From Gonapodya sp. JEL0774 (taxonomy: Eukaryota), in assembly GCA_027604505.1 (NCBI GenBank), contig JADIIX010000138.1, positions 1-59,964 on the forward strand: a stretch of DNA of 59,964 bases, read 5' to 3'. Below are positions 38,583 through 50,072 of this stretch, piece after piece. A model generated the notes under the pieces. That model did not search any database and was not told where the DNA came from. It worked only from the letters and a program-made list of their open reading frames with translations. The position numbers and the translations under genes are program-made. How positions within the stretch are numbered: the stretch's first letter is position 1; each line of letters begins with the position of its first letter.

Positions 38583-41500
38583 ATGCAATGCCGCACTGAG
38601 ACAGTTCTTAAACCCAAGGTTACGGTCACCACTATCGCGCCCTTGGTACCTGGGACTCGCTATTCTTTGTCTACGATAAAAACAGATCGCACACGACCGG
38701 GCTTCGGAGTTCTGGCGGTGACAACGTACAGAATATACTATGCCCGAAGCGGAACATTCCCATTGACGCTGCCTCTTGGAGCTCTTGCTAGTGTTGAACA
38801 GACGAGCTCTGATGTAGTCTCGTTTTCGCTAGTCAACTGCGTTCATCGTTGGACTTTCCGGTTCCATCAGGGAACCGTCGCCGCTTCCTCTCGTACTCAG
38901 GCTCACCCGCGTACGGTTACCTGCGCAGATCTCTGTACCATTGTCGCACGAACATTGGAAGTCGGTGCACATGGCGCCTTCGCTTTTCGGGGCGCTACGA
39001 AAGGGTGGATTGATCTAAATTCGGTTCACAGACACAGCAGTGTTGACAGCCAAATCCAAACAGACAACTCAGAAGTGGAAATATTAGAATCGACGTTTCA
39101 GCGAGTGTTTGGAAAACCAGCCATATGTGGCGAAGGCAATGAAACTGAGTCCGGAGGGGAATCCATGTCGCAGGATGAGCTCTTGTCGGAAGAGATTGCA
39201 CGGATGAGCTCAGGATGGTAAGATTATTCTGACGAACTTACTAAAGGTTCTGGCTTGCCTCAGAGTGTTGAGAGCGTTGCCTCCACTCACGAATTCGAAT
39301 CACATTCAGGTCGCTCATGCCGATAAATCTGAACTTTCAATCCATTCCAACCTACCCTACTCGGATACCGCTTCCGCAATCGCTCGCTCCTCCTCTTTCT
39401 TTGCATGTGTCTGCGTCCACATCTCCCCTTCGTGCCAATTCCCTTTCAAGAACTTCTACGACGCCTCCGCCAATCACAACCGCGCCACTTCCACACCGTC
39501 CAAATGCCTCTACTCAGACATCTTCTTCCACGCTTAACAACTTGGTTGCTTTCCGCTCACGATCTAGACTCCCGTCGCTTTCTTGGGCCGCACCTGGTCG
39601 AGCTATTTTGCGTGCTTCACAGCCACTTGTGGGGATGCTTGGGGCGCGTTGCACTGAGGACGAGCAACTAGCGCGGGAAGCAGTGCGGGTAGTTTCTTCT
39701 GCCGCCGTTGCTGCGGGAATGCTTTCCGAACGGCGACATACTGTTGATTTCAGCGATTTGGGCGATGCGTGGACTGGAGTCGGTATCTCGTCACCTACAA
39801 ACGGAGCTCAAATTTCTCCATCTAGCTATTCCAATCAGCAAGTACCCTTTTGCATCCTAGATCTGAGGTCGTACACTGCGGCATTGGGACAAATGGGTGT
39901 CACTGGCGGTGGCTATGAGAATTCCGAATATTATCCGACGGCGGGGTCCCCAGTATACTTCCTCAATCTGGGCAACATTCACGCCGTAAACTCCGCGCAT
40001 ATTGCATTGATCAAGGGCTTAGCCTCAAGAGATCTAGAAGGGTGGTACGGGCGAGTGGAGCAGAGCGGGTGGTTTGGACTGGTCGCGGAGGTGCTTCGAG
40101 CGTCAACAGAGGTGGCGGGGAAAGTCGCGTCGGGTGGTGTAGCTCTTGTGCATTGTACAGATGGCTGGGATCGCACGAGCCAAGTGGTTGCGCTCGCGCA
40201 ATTGATTTTGGATCCATATTACCGGACGATGCAAGGTTCCTTTCCCCCCTCCCATTCTCCCCTAGTGGCGGGATTGAGCTGAAACCTTGCTTTTGTTTGC
40301 ACTAGGCTTTAGAGTGCTCATCCAGAAGGAGTTTATTGCCATGGGTCATCCGTTCCGGGCGCGGCACCAAACTGCAAATGTTTCGCTTTTCAATCGGCCC
40401 ACCCCAACAACATTCGCTCCTCTATTCACCTCCCAGTTTCAACATCCAGAATCAGGCCAGGCCCGTGGTACTCCTCCTTCGCCATCTGTCGCAAACTATT
40501 CACCTCCCCAGCACGCACCATCCCCAATTTTCCTCCTCTTCTTAACCTGTGTACGGCACCTCATCTTGGAAAATCCCTCTCGATTTGAATTTCATGAAGG
40601 ACTCCTGCTGATCCTCGTCCGAGCAGCATCGGGTGACAGTCCGTATGGTGACTTTTTGCTCAACAACGAACTGGAGCGCAAGTTGATGGGCGCATTCGAA
40701 AGGACAGGGAGCGTGTGGCGTTGGATCGAGGAGCGGTGGTGGTGGTTCGTCAACCCACACTATGATCTCGTCGAGGAAGAAATGGCGACGGCGGCGAAGG
40801 TTGGTTGGGGTCCTGGCGGAAGGCGGTGGTCTCTGGACATGGCGCTTCCCTCGACAAATCCATTACACGGACAAACCCCCATAGGGTTGTGGGAAGACCT
40901 GTACCTGGCGGACATCCAGCCTATCGTCCGTCTCTTCTCATTGCCGGCCTCCGCGTTCGCCGGGCTGACCCCTGCAGCGCGGAGATTGATCGCCGGAAAC
41001 AACTTTGAGCTGGCGCAGGAGCTTCGGCGATTGGAGGTCACGAGGAACCGAAGGGTGGCCAGACGTGCTCTTAGAGGTTGGCGAGACCACGTCATGAACC
41101 GAAAGCTCGTGTTGTGGGAGGCTGCAGTGGTGGGCCGATGGGCCGCGGAGACCATCGTCGCCAAGGCGCTGGACGCCATGAGCCACCGAGAGCGAACCAA
41201 GCCCAGAGACCTCGAGGAGTTCGTCCGAGGGTGGGACCCGTCGAGTGTCGGCGCGGGACTGCGAGCGACCCGGGTTCGCCGAATCGTGGGTGCGGACGGG
41301 AAAGTCAAGGAGGTCGAGTTTGGCATCGAAGCCGACGACCGACCGTCCCGCACTGGCACTGCCGAGGGGATCGAGGTGCCAGGTGGACCGGACGACGCCG
41401 CCTCGTCTGCCGAGACCGAGATCGGATGGGTCACCATGTCCCGTGAGGCGGCGCCGGACGTTGAGATTGTGTTCTTCTTGCAGGAAGAGGATTGGGCCGA

Positions 41501-41621
41501 CATTGAGTACCAGCCGGCGCACGCTGGGGCGAGGGCCAACGGTGCCGGGTCCCCGCCTGTGTCAGCGAAAGGTGCAATGTACTCGGCCATTGAGAAGCAG
41601 TTGTCTGAAGCTATGGAGTGA
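38583..41621 (+). CDS. Myotubularin-family phosphoinositide 3-phosphatase
   Basis: FRSRSRLPSLSW, ILRASQPLVG, GGGYENSEYY, NIHAV, active-site VHCTDGWDRT, LDPYYRTMQG|FRVLIQKEFIAMGHPF, SPIFLLFL, FEFHE; PH-GRAM-like N-terminus; start uncertain. Confidence 0.92.
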
Positions 41622-41658
41622 CTCTTGAGAAGCAGTCGTTCGGAGCTATGGAGTGACT
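41590..41658 (+). repeat. 35-bp imperfect tandem duplication covering the myotubularin stop codon
   Basis: ttgagaagcagttgtctgaagctatggagtgact and ttgagaagcagtcgttcggagctatggagtgact. Confidence 0.85.
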
Positions 41659-41922
41659 ATACCTGGTGATGATGCAATGTAGATAGGCTATTATAGTGAA
41701 GATAATGCCAGTTCACTTGGCGACTCGATGCAGGCACGTGTGATAAAGACCAGGCAGATGTCATTGCCGTAAGAGAAGTGCATATGTACATTAGAATGTC
41801 AACAAAATGACGATAATCTGTCACTCAAACTATCCAACCAAATCCAATACAATACAAACAAGCCAGTTGGCTCTCAACAATGGTGAAATCACCCAACTAC
41901 ACCCCCCGCGCCCACAGGAGTC

Positions 41923-42759
41923 CTACAGCTCCTTTGCGGGCGACTGAGTGAGGAGCACACCGAAACGCTTCTTCAGCGTTACACGATGGCGGGAGTATTT
42001 GTCGTCAGGGGAGAATCGAGCTATTCGTTCCAAGGGGAAGCACGACGAAATGTTGCGTGGCAGGGTGAATGGAGAGCATGGAGGAGCAGGGAATATGAGA
42101 GGAAAGGTTAGTACATCTTCACGATTCGGAATATGATGCTCAGAATTCGTTAATTGAGAATAGAGGCTTCTGAAAGCGACGAGAAACCGTGTTCCATGGG
42201 CGCAAGGATACACATGGACACCAGACAAGATGTCTCAACGCTACTATCCAATCACGGAACCTAAATCATCCGTTGATTAGCGATACGAAGAATTTTACTC
42301 TTCGCCGTCTAGAGTGACCCCGAGCCGCATCGAGCACGAGGTCCACCGGTCCGAGACGGTCCGGCAGACCAAACTCTTGGAGGAGACAAAGAACGGCGGT
42401 GGATCCGGATCTGATGTAAGATCCGCAACGGTCCATGATTGGCTTTCAGTAGTGTGCCACTACACCACTTATATTCGCGGTGATCCCAGAGGATGTACGC
42501 AGATTGGGTCAGAGTACTTGCCTGGATGTGCCGACTTTGTGGGTGAACCATCTGGAGCGGATTTCTGCAGAATGTGGTTGATTGGATGGCGGAGAGGAGA
42601 TGGAAATGGAGGTCCCGCATCGAATGGAAGGTCAAGAAACAGTAAGTGATCCAAGTTTAGAGTTGCGAAAGAGAAGAAAGTAAGAGGGATTGCAGAGTGA
42701 CAAACCTTGAGAGTGTATACGCGTTTTCCGGTGTCATCGAGATAGAACATCAAGTGCAT
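41923..42759 (-). CDS. NOP10: H/ACA ribonucleoprotein complex subunit Nop10
   Basis: 3 exons: [64 protein letters not shown]; intron 2 is 42521-42021 (GCAAGT...TACTAAC...TAG). Confidence 0.96.
42140..42470 (-). ncRNA. Candidate structured intronic RNA (H/ACA snoRNA-like or splicing-regulatory) in NOP10 intron 2
   Basis: Several complementary segments whose G-U pairs work only on the minus strand; candidate H box ATAGTA (42247-42242) between two structured domains; no clear terminal ACA box; ends approximate. Confidence 0.5.
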
Positions 42760-43080
42760 GGCGGGAGAGTTTGCGTGCTGAGATTGGCTGGTTCAGAGAA
42801 AACAAGAATAGCCACATTCATGGCTGTGGTCCATGGCCTGTGCCCCTCCCCAACCAACTACTTTCTCTGACCATTCTGAGTATTACTGTAATGTTGCGTA
42901 TCTCTTCTGCTATTCTATGCACCTACATGTCGCAGACATCTAATCTAACCCTAATGGTTTCGAATGATCGTGCCAAAGGTTGTGTCAACAGCTGTGATCG
43001 GAGAAAGAGAATTTGTTCGGCTGACATGCTGGAGGAAAGAGCAATATAAAGGAAAATTGTTTGTGTACCATGATGGCCTC

Positions 43081-43132
43081 GTGACGCAAGGTGGTGCGAA
43101 ACACTGACGTCAGCGTTTTTGGGTTATATAAA
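43081..43132 (+). promoter_or_regulatory. HSP12 promoter elements: CRE palindrome and TATA box
   Basis: TGACGTCA at 43105-43112, TGACGCA near-match at 43082, TATATAAA at 43125-43132, about 83 bp before ATG 43215. Confidence 0.6.
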
Positions 43133-43214
43133 CCCCACCGAACAAATCAGTTTAGGTCTCTTCCGTGCTCGAAATATCCACCGAAATCTCTTAAACACTC
43201 AAACTCTCTAGCAA

Positions 43215-43993
43215 ATGGATTACGGCCGCAAAGGTGTCTTGCTGTCTCTTCTTCCTTGCTGTCCTTTGATCGTCAAGTCAACTCCCCGTCTTTTCCTCAG
43301 GATTGGGTGAGGAGGCGAAGGAAAAGATCACGGTATGTATTTCTCTCTGTGTTTGTTTGTCCTTCTCTTCCTCCGGGCCCCGTCTGATCACTTCGGGATT
43401 GGTCGGACTTCTGTCGTTGTCGGGACACACGTCATCTCACGACAAATTCTCTGGAATGCAGCCCGATAGCCAGAAATCCTTCTCTCAACAGATGAGCGAG
43501 GTGAGTTGATTCAGCAAACTCCCAGAGATCTCCATGTACTTCTTCCGGGATTGCTCATGTGCTTGGTATTTGTGCCCTATCTCCGCTATTGTAGACCGTC
43601 AGTGGCTACACCGGTATGAGCTTCGCTCCTTTGCTTCGCACCTACTAGAACCTTACCAAGCACTCGCACCATAGATCGCGCGAAAGCAGCCTTGACTCCT
43701 GGTTTGTTTCCGCACTCGACTTCTTCCTGCTTCATCAGGGATCACTGACATTTTTCGAACTTGCGGTAACCAGATTCACAGAAATCTATGGGACAACAAG
43801 TGCACGACAAAGCGCGTGGAGGTATGGATCAAGGAAGCAGCAACACTACGAGCACAAGCACCAGTGGAAGTGGTGGGGAATCGATGATGGATAAAGCCAA
43901 GGTTCGTTTGCTTTGCGCCGCTTCCCACTTGGAAATCGTTTTTAACCACTGAATTGATATCAGAACATGATGGGGATGGGCGAGAACAAATGA
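43215..43993 (+). CDS. HSP12: Heat shock protein 9/12 family, 7 small exons (absent from the ORF track)
   Basis: MDYGRK|GLGEEAKEKIT|PDSQKSFSQQMSE|TVSGYT|DRAKAALTP|DSQKSMGQQVHDKARGG...ESMMDKAK|NMMGMGENK*; all junctions GT-AG and in frame. Confidence 0.9.
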
Positions 43994-44735
43994 TCGAAAG
44001 GAAGTGCTTCCGTAAGATGAGAAAGATGTAATCTTAACTGATTACCTTTTGAAAATAATATCGAGCTAAAATAGCATTTGAGAAATCTGCTTCTGATGGA
44101 TATTTCGGGTTGGTCATTGAGAAGATTCCGCTTTGCATACCCTATTACATAAAGTGGCATCCACCACTCACCTGCGCACCTGCTCATGGTATTGTTACAA
44201 CGGCAAACAAGCAGTGGGTTCACAAACGAGTGCAACAGTGGAGTAATACATGTTCATGATGTCCGAACTTTGAGCTGTGATGAAATTTGGTAGAACCCAG
44301 ATCCAAACAGAAGTAGACAGTCACACTGCTACTGGCCCATGAGTCTGGAGCCTGTAGTTGATGGCGGCTTGGAAACAAATACTACTCTGGCATCCATTGC
44401 AATCGTCATCTGCGCGGACCTCGATGTTCAGCACAAGCAAAAGACTCCACTCCAGTATTTGGGGAAAGTTGCTCGGTAAAGAAGAATATTCAAATTGGTC
44501 AACTTAGTCGAGCCATTTTTTGTGTTCAGTTGATATCGGAGTAACGTCCAGGAACCAGCCTGCCCAACAATGTGCGCTTGTGGTGAACCAGGAAGGGGAA
44601 AAATAGCACACAAACTCTGCGGAGTATCGCAACACATTCTAAAAACTAAGATTGATACGCTGGATAGCGGGAAAGGTGGATGATTTGTTGAGAAACTGCT
44701 CCGCGAAACTTCGTCACCTCAATCACAATTGCAAG

Positions 44736-47091
44736 ATGAGCGGCCTCCAGGGGACAGGTTGCAGTAACGACGACGACGAAACAGATGCGCCAGAAACGTC
44801 AACCGTGGAAGCGCCAAAGGCTGATGGTAAGCGAGGAGCATAAATCATCCCGTCTGGGCGAGTTTCAACTCTGTATGTCGTCGATCTGCACGACAACCAC
44901 AGCAGAACCCGCGCCCTGTTTCCGCTGCAAAACTCGATCAGCGACCGTATTCGCCAGATCCGCTCACTTTTGCGAGGCATGTTTCATGCTTTCGGTTCGG
45001 GTGAGGTTCAAAACCAACCTCAACGTCGGCATGGGCGGGTTTTCGGCCAAGGACGCCAGGGAGAAGAGAATAAAGGCAGAGCGGAAGGAACGATTGCGGG
45101 AGAGGGGTGGATCTGCGCAGCTCAAAGACCGGGATGGAGTCGGTGAGGGTGGAGCAACATTAGTTGGGTCCAACTCCACCTCCACAACTGGTCCAGAGAT
45201 GCACTTGATGCCGAATGCGAACAATCAAATGAACAGCAACGTACCCACAAGTACTCCCGAATCTGCTGGGGGAAGCGTTTCCGCACCACACGTTGTCGAC
45301 ACCGTCACCCAACCACCTGCCTCGCCGCCGTCCTCCCCGGATACCGCGACTCCGTCCTTGCCGAACCTCTTGTTCGCTATCGATTCTACTCCTACTTCCC
45401 TGGCACTGCTCGACATGTTCTACGAGGCTTTTGCGGACATTTTGACTCGTCCCGATGAGGATCCGCGCAATCCGGTGCGGAACCCAAAGGCGAAACCCAA
45501 AACGCTCGGCAAAGTGTTTGTGGTGTATGTGGACGGCGCGGGTGAAGATGAAGATGAGGATAGGGAGGAAGGTCAGGTCGATGGAACTGATGGGAAGGAT
45601 GCCGAGCGGTCACACCAAGACAAGGTGGACGCTTTTCTTCTGGTTGGTTGTTTGCAATTGCGTGATGTCCTCCGAGCAAGGTTACTGACATGCACTTGGG
45701 AAACTCGTGACACAATCGCTTCTTGTTCGTACTCAACAACCCCAACCCTGGATACAGTCGCTCCCTTCACGTTACCCTCACCTCACATTTCTACGTGTCC
45801 AAATTTTCGATGTTCTCCAACCATCAGTCTCACCTGTTACCCTCACATCCTCATCGGGGCGAACGATCTCGGGCCACATCGCTTTCCATCCGTCTGGCTT
45901 ACTAACTTCTGTTCCGTCACCGAACGCGGAACCTCTCATCTCCCTTCTGTCATCCCCTCCGCCCACTGTCTCCCGATCCCATCTCACATCTCTTCTTCTT
46001 CTTCGCCGCCACATCGTTCACGTCCTTCTTCTCTCCCTCTGCGCAACCCATTCTGCGCCGTATCTCGTCACTCCTTGCACCGCGTCTCGACTCGCCGCCC
46101 GCACACTATCGAGCCTCTCGCAGGGTCGGGGATGGAGCCTTGCAGACGATGTTGGTGAAACCGAGATCGGTGTCACAGGATGGGGCGGGCAGAGCGGCGC
46201 TTCAGGCAGAGTGCGAACTCTTCGGCCTTTGCGAGATGTTACGGATGAGGAGATCGGCGTGTACCTTCGAATGGAGGGACTCAGCTCATCATCTGCATCC
46301 ACCACGATATCTTCCACTGTGGTTGATATCTCAGCGGGTCCATTCTCCTCTGGTGCCTCTCTTGCTCATTCGACCCTATCTGCCGTCTCCTATCGGCTCA
46401 TCAACACTCTCACGGCCGGATTCCCCTCGACTGCCAATACGGTCTCAAAGACAGCGGAGAAGGTGGCCTCGGCAGAGTGGTGGTTGAGTGAGGACGAGAA
46501 GGGCAATCCGGGCGGTCGCAGAATGGCGAAGGACGGATGTGCGATGTGCTTGAGGTGCGTTGTGGTTCCGTTACGAGATGTGTCCGTCGATTCACCTATT
46601 CTCTGCCCACACCTGTTAGCCCCTACCGGCCAAACTGGTCCTCTTGGCGTGCCGCACACATCCTTGAATCCATCTTGGACGTCAATCCGTCTTCCGCACC
46701 CGTCACCGAGTCTCAACAACCTCAGTCTCATATTCCGCTAACGAGCTCTCTCTCTTCCTCCCTTTTCCCATCCGACTGCTACCTGTGTCATTCCTGCCAC
46801 TCTGCGCTTCGTGATGCAGCAAAGATTGCAATGCTGTATGTTGAGAGTTCCGTTGCGAGTAGTGACACCTCCGGTCAGGACTTTGATCGTCCGGCATTCA
46901 CTTTGCCCGTCTACGCGGGTGTGGTGATTTTGGGGCGGACCGCTGGAGTGAACGTGAACACCCATAAAGAATTCGGACAAAATGGTGTTGAAGCGGAGGA
47001 GGAGGACCAAGTGACAATGAATAAGATACCAGTGTCACGAGATGACATGAGAGAGGAGTTGAAGGAATGGTTGGTGGAGGACGCAGAGTGA
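44736..47091 (+). CDS. NCS2: Cytoplasmic tRNA 2-thiolation protein 2 (Ncs2/Ctu2)
   Basis: CFRCK...FCEACF, degenerate PP-loop region (FAIDSTPTSLALL), TASRLAARTLSSLSQGRGWSL, LRPLRDV..EEI, L..GFPSTANTVSKTAEKV, CAMCL, LCHSC, and C-terminal DMREELKEWLVED. Confidence 0.85.
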
Positions 47092-47238
47092 CGCGTTGGC
47101 TTTGACTTTTGGACCCATATCCGTTCACACAAACACGAGTATTATATTCTGCAACACTGTGTTGACAATCACAATGGCTTGCTCTGTGACATCATTTGTT
47201 GTCATTCCAACTAATCTAGACGGTGGCTGAACTGGGAT

Positions 47239-48917
47239 TCACAGTTTTGCTTGTCGAGACTTGGTCACTCCATAAAACGCGTTGCCTGGAAGGTAGTATG
47301 GATGGTTTAAAGTGAGAGCAAAGGCAACCGACATTTTCCATCCATCACGCACCTGGATTGGGAACCGGGTATTCCACAAATGAGCTCGCTCCAGCGTCCA
47401 TGCAATACTTTTTCATTTTCGATGGACCCCATGCTGCACCTAGGCCAGCACCATGGTTGCCAAGCGATTGTGTCATACCTTTGTCGTAAAAATGCCAGCG
47501 TGAGTGGGTTCACTTCCCACCTCTCTATGTCGAATTGCTACAGACTCACAGTGCATTGTCGAGACACTGTACAGAAAGGTGCCTCCCATGTTGAGATTTT
47601 CCTCGAGGTTATCGGAACAGCGCGGTTCCATCATTATGAAAACACCGTCGGGTTTCACCGCCGCTAGAATCTCCTTAAGACCTCTCAAGGGGTCGGGAAG
47701 ATCGTGGATGACATCGAATGTGAAGACCACGTCGTATGCGTCCCGTTCCACGAGATCATACACCGACCGAACCTCGGCAGAGCAGTTCTTGCCCTCGAGT
47801 CCTGCTTGGCGGATCTTATTTTGGGCTTGCGAGATGGAGAAGGAATCGAGGTCGACGCCTTTGAAAGTAGAGTTGGGGAAAGCCTCGGCCATTCTGACAG
47901 AGAGTCATGATAAACATTCTTGACTTCCTCTGCAAGACAAGTCCGTGTCTATTAGAACACTCACGCGATGATTCCAGCCGCTGCACCACACCCAACGTCC
48001 AGAACCTTGATGCCGCGCTTAAGTTTCTCCACGAGCCCCGGGATGGCCGGCAGCCATTTGCGGACGAGCACACTCTTCATGGTCCCCTCATGCGTCCTCG
48101 CCATTCCCCTGGGCAGCTCCGGTCCGAATTCTCTAAAAGTCACGCCGCCTCCGTTTTTGAACGCCTCGGCGAGTTTGGGAACCACGGACCAGTACGACGC
48201 AAGGTTCTCGCATTGGCCGCCGTAGAAGAGGGGGTGGGGAGGTTTACCACTTTCCCAGTCGTCCACGAGGATCAGTGCGTGTTCTTCTGGCTGTGTTGCA
48301 CGGACTGTGGTGAGTATTTACAGCTTAACCACAAATGTGTCAACTCACTAGCTTTTGTGGGACCGATCGATTATGGCGAAAACAAAAGGGAGGCCACAGG
48401 GGGAGGAGAATCCACTGAGTCATTTCTCTTGAAAGATGATTCACGCGAATAATAACAAGGTACCTCGAACGTTCCCAGTTCCTTTCCGGGCACCGGGTGG
48501 TACAGCACGATACCTCCCGCTGCAACCGCGGAGAGTGATTCTCTGAGGTATCGCTCCTTTAAAACGGAGGGTAGATCGTTTTGAAAGCAGAATCTGCACG
48601 TCCGAATGCGTGTGAGGGAGAATTCACCTGCAATCCCGTCTTCTTAGCCAACGCTTCCACCGACATGGGCCCTTCACCCTTCATGGCCTTAAACACTCCA
48701 ACACGATCGAGCACGCTCACAACTGTGGGGGAAGAAATGTAGCGTGGTCACGAAATCAGAATTCACAAGGGCACACTTAACTCCTTTCTGGGAGCACAGT
48801 ACGAGACAACTTTCCTGCCATCATGGTGGTATATGTTTGGAGCATGTTAAAGTATTGGAAGAAAGGCCGCACATTTGCGTTCTTTGGAGCAGGCCCGCCT
48901 GTCGGGGGGACGTAGCT
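47239..48917 (-). CDS. Class I SAM-dependent methyltransferase with N-terminal winged-helix domain (Rv2258c-like); 5' end unresolved
   Basis: LDRVGVFKAM...SVEALAKKTGLQ|ERYLRE, VPKLAEAFKNGGGV, WLPAIPGLVEKLKRGIKVLDVGCG, MAEAFPNSTFKGVD, TFDVIHDLPDP, LYSVSTMHC|MTQSL...GAGLGAAWG; ends ...KSRQAKL*. Confidence 0.88.
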
Positions 48918-50072
48918 GGAGCAAGCGATGTCGTGGTGGAAATGAAGGTTTCGAATTGAGACAGAGACGGCGATCGCTGATGGAGGAAGCCAAAACACCA
49001 CAGAGACAGAGAGATCCAGTGCGCTCTATCCCCGTTAAGGATCCCTGGAGACCAGTGAATGCTGCTCCCACCAAAATGTCCGGTTTTGATTCCGCACAAG
49101 CAGTATTCTCCGCCTAGACGAAGCTACTCCTGGCGTGGCCCCGACGAAAAAAATTGATGCTTACACGGGGTCCACAAATGTGTTGGGAGGAAGCGGTTTG
49201 TGTGTTTTCGCCATTGTGGGGAATAGGGATGTGTGGAGTTCGGCTGGACTTGTTCCGATTCCTCGTCCATACTAATCGAGGATGCACCGGTCCCACTTCA
49301 ATGCAGGATCCTTCTCTGATGCATATGTCAGGGTGAAGAATTGAAAGACTTCAACTAGATCGATTCATTCACAGACGTCCCCACAGCAGTTGACGCGCCG
49401 CACCGCCATTTGAAAATAGAAATGCAGATAATGGAACACACGGTTTCACACATCTTTAAATTGAAGCGGACAGTTACGAGATAGATGTTCCCCATTCCAA
49501 CCCCTTCATCCAGAGGTGTCCCAGTTGACGCATGCCTATATCCGGCAACCACACTCAGAATCTCTGAACAGTCACCCTTCCACGCCGATCTATCAATCAC
49601 AGACATTTATGCGCAGTACGAAGCTGCGCTGTGGCAACTACTGGCTTCTGATCAGGATGCGCGATGGTCCTCCCTCCCATCTGAACGTGAGTACACAGAG
49701 CGGTGCCTGCTGTGTGCACGATGACACCTCTCACGCGAATACGAAATGGTGCTTGTTCACTTTCTATGTAGTACGAGACTTGTTACCAAAACTGCCCCAC
49801 TTGAACCCAAAGTTCCAGTCCAGCTTGCAGGAGCTGGTGTCCGAGCGTCCGCTAAATCCAGCGATCTACTGGTAGTGGCTTGCTCAAGTAAATTATTCAT
49901 ATACATTATTGTGTATTGTGTGCAGTGTATGTAGACGCGGGGAAGATATGGAGCCCAGCACTGCTTTCGCGTCAGACATGAAACACTTGCCAATGACCGT
50001 CGCGAATCGGTTTGCGTTTCTGCGAGCACGTGAATTCGAACACGTTACGTACACTGTCCGCCCGATCGGACT

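Noticed and set aside
42100..42470. Assignment of the NOP10 intron RNA to U17/snR30, U3, RNase MRP or telomerase RNA
   Set aside because: Only partial motifs (an ATATTCC m1-like string, a GAAAG); the snR30 m2 motif, U3 boxes, MRP P4 partner and a telomeric template were not found.
44000..44700. Intergenic stretch with a GTGAG-like donor on the minus strand
   Set aside because: The frames tested close quickly; no coding support.
49355..49934. Cluster of 60-120 aa ORFs between the methyltransferase and EamA genes
   Set aside because: No motif or convincing splice structure.
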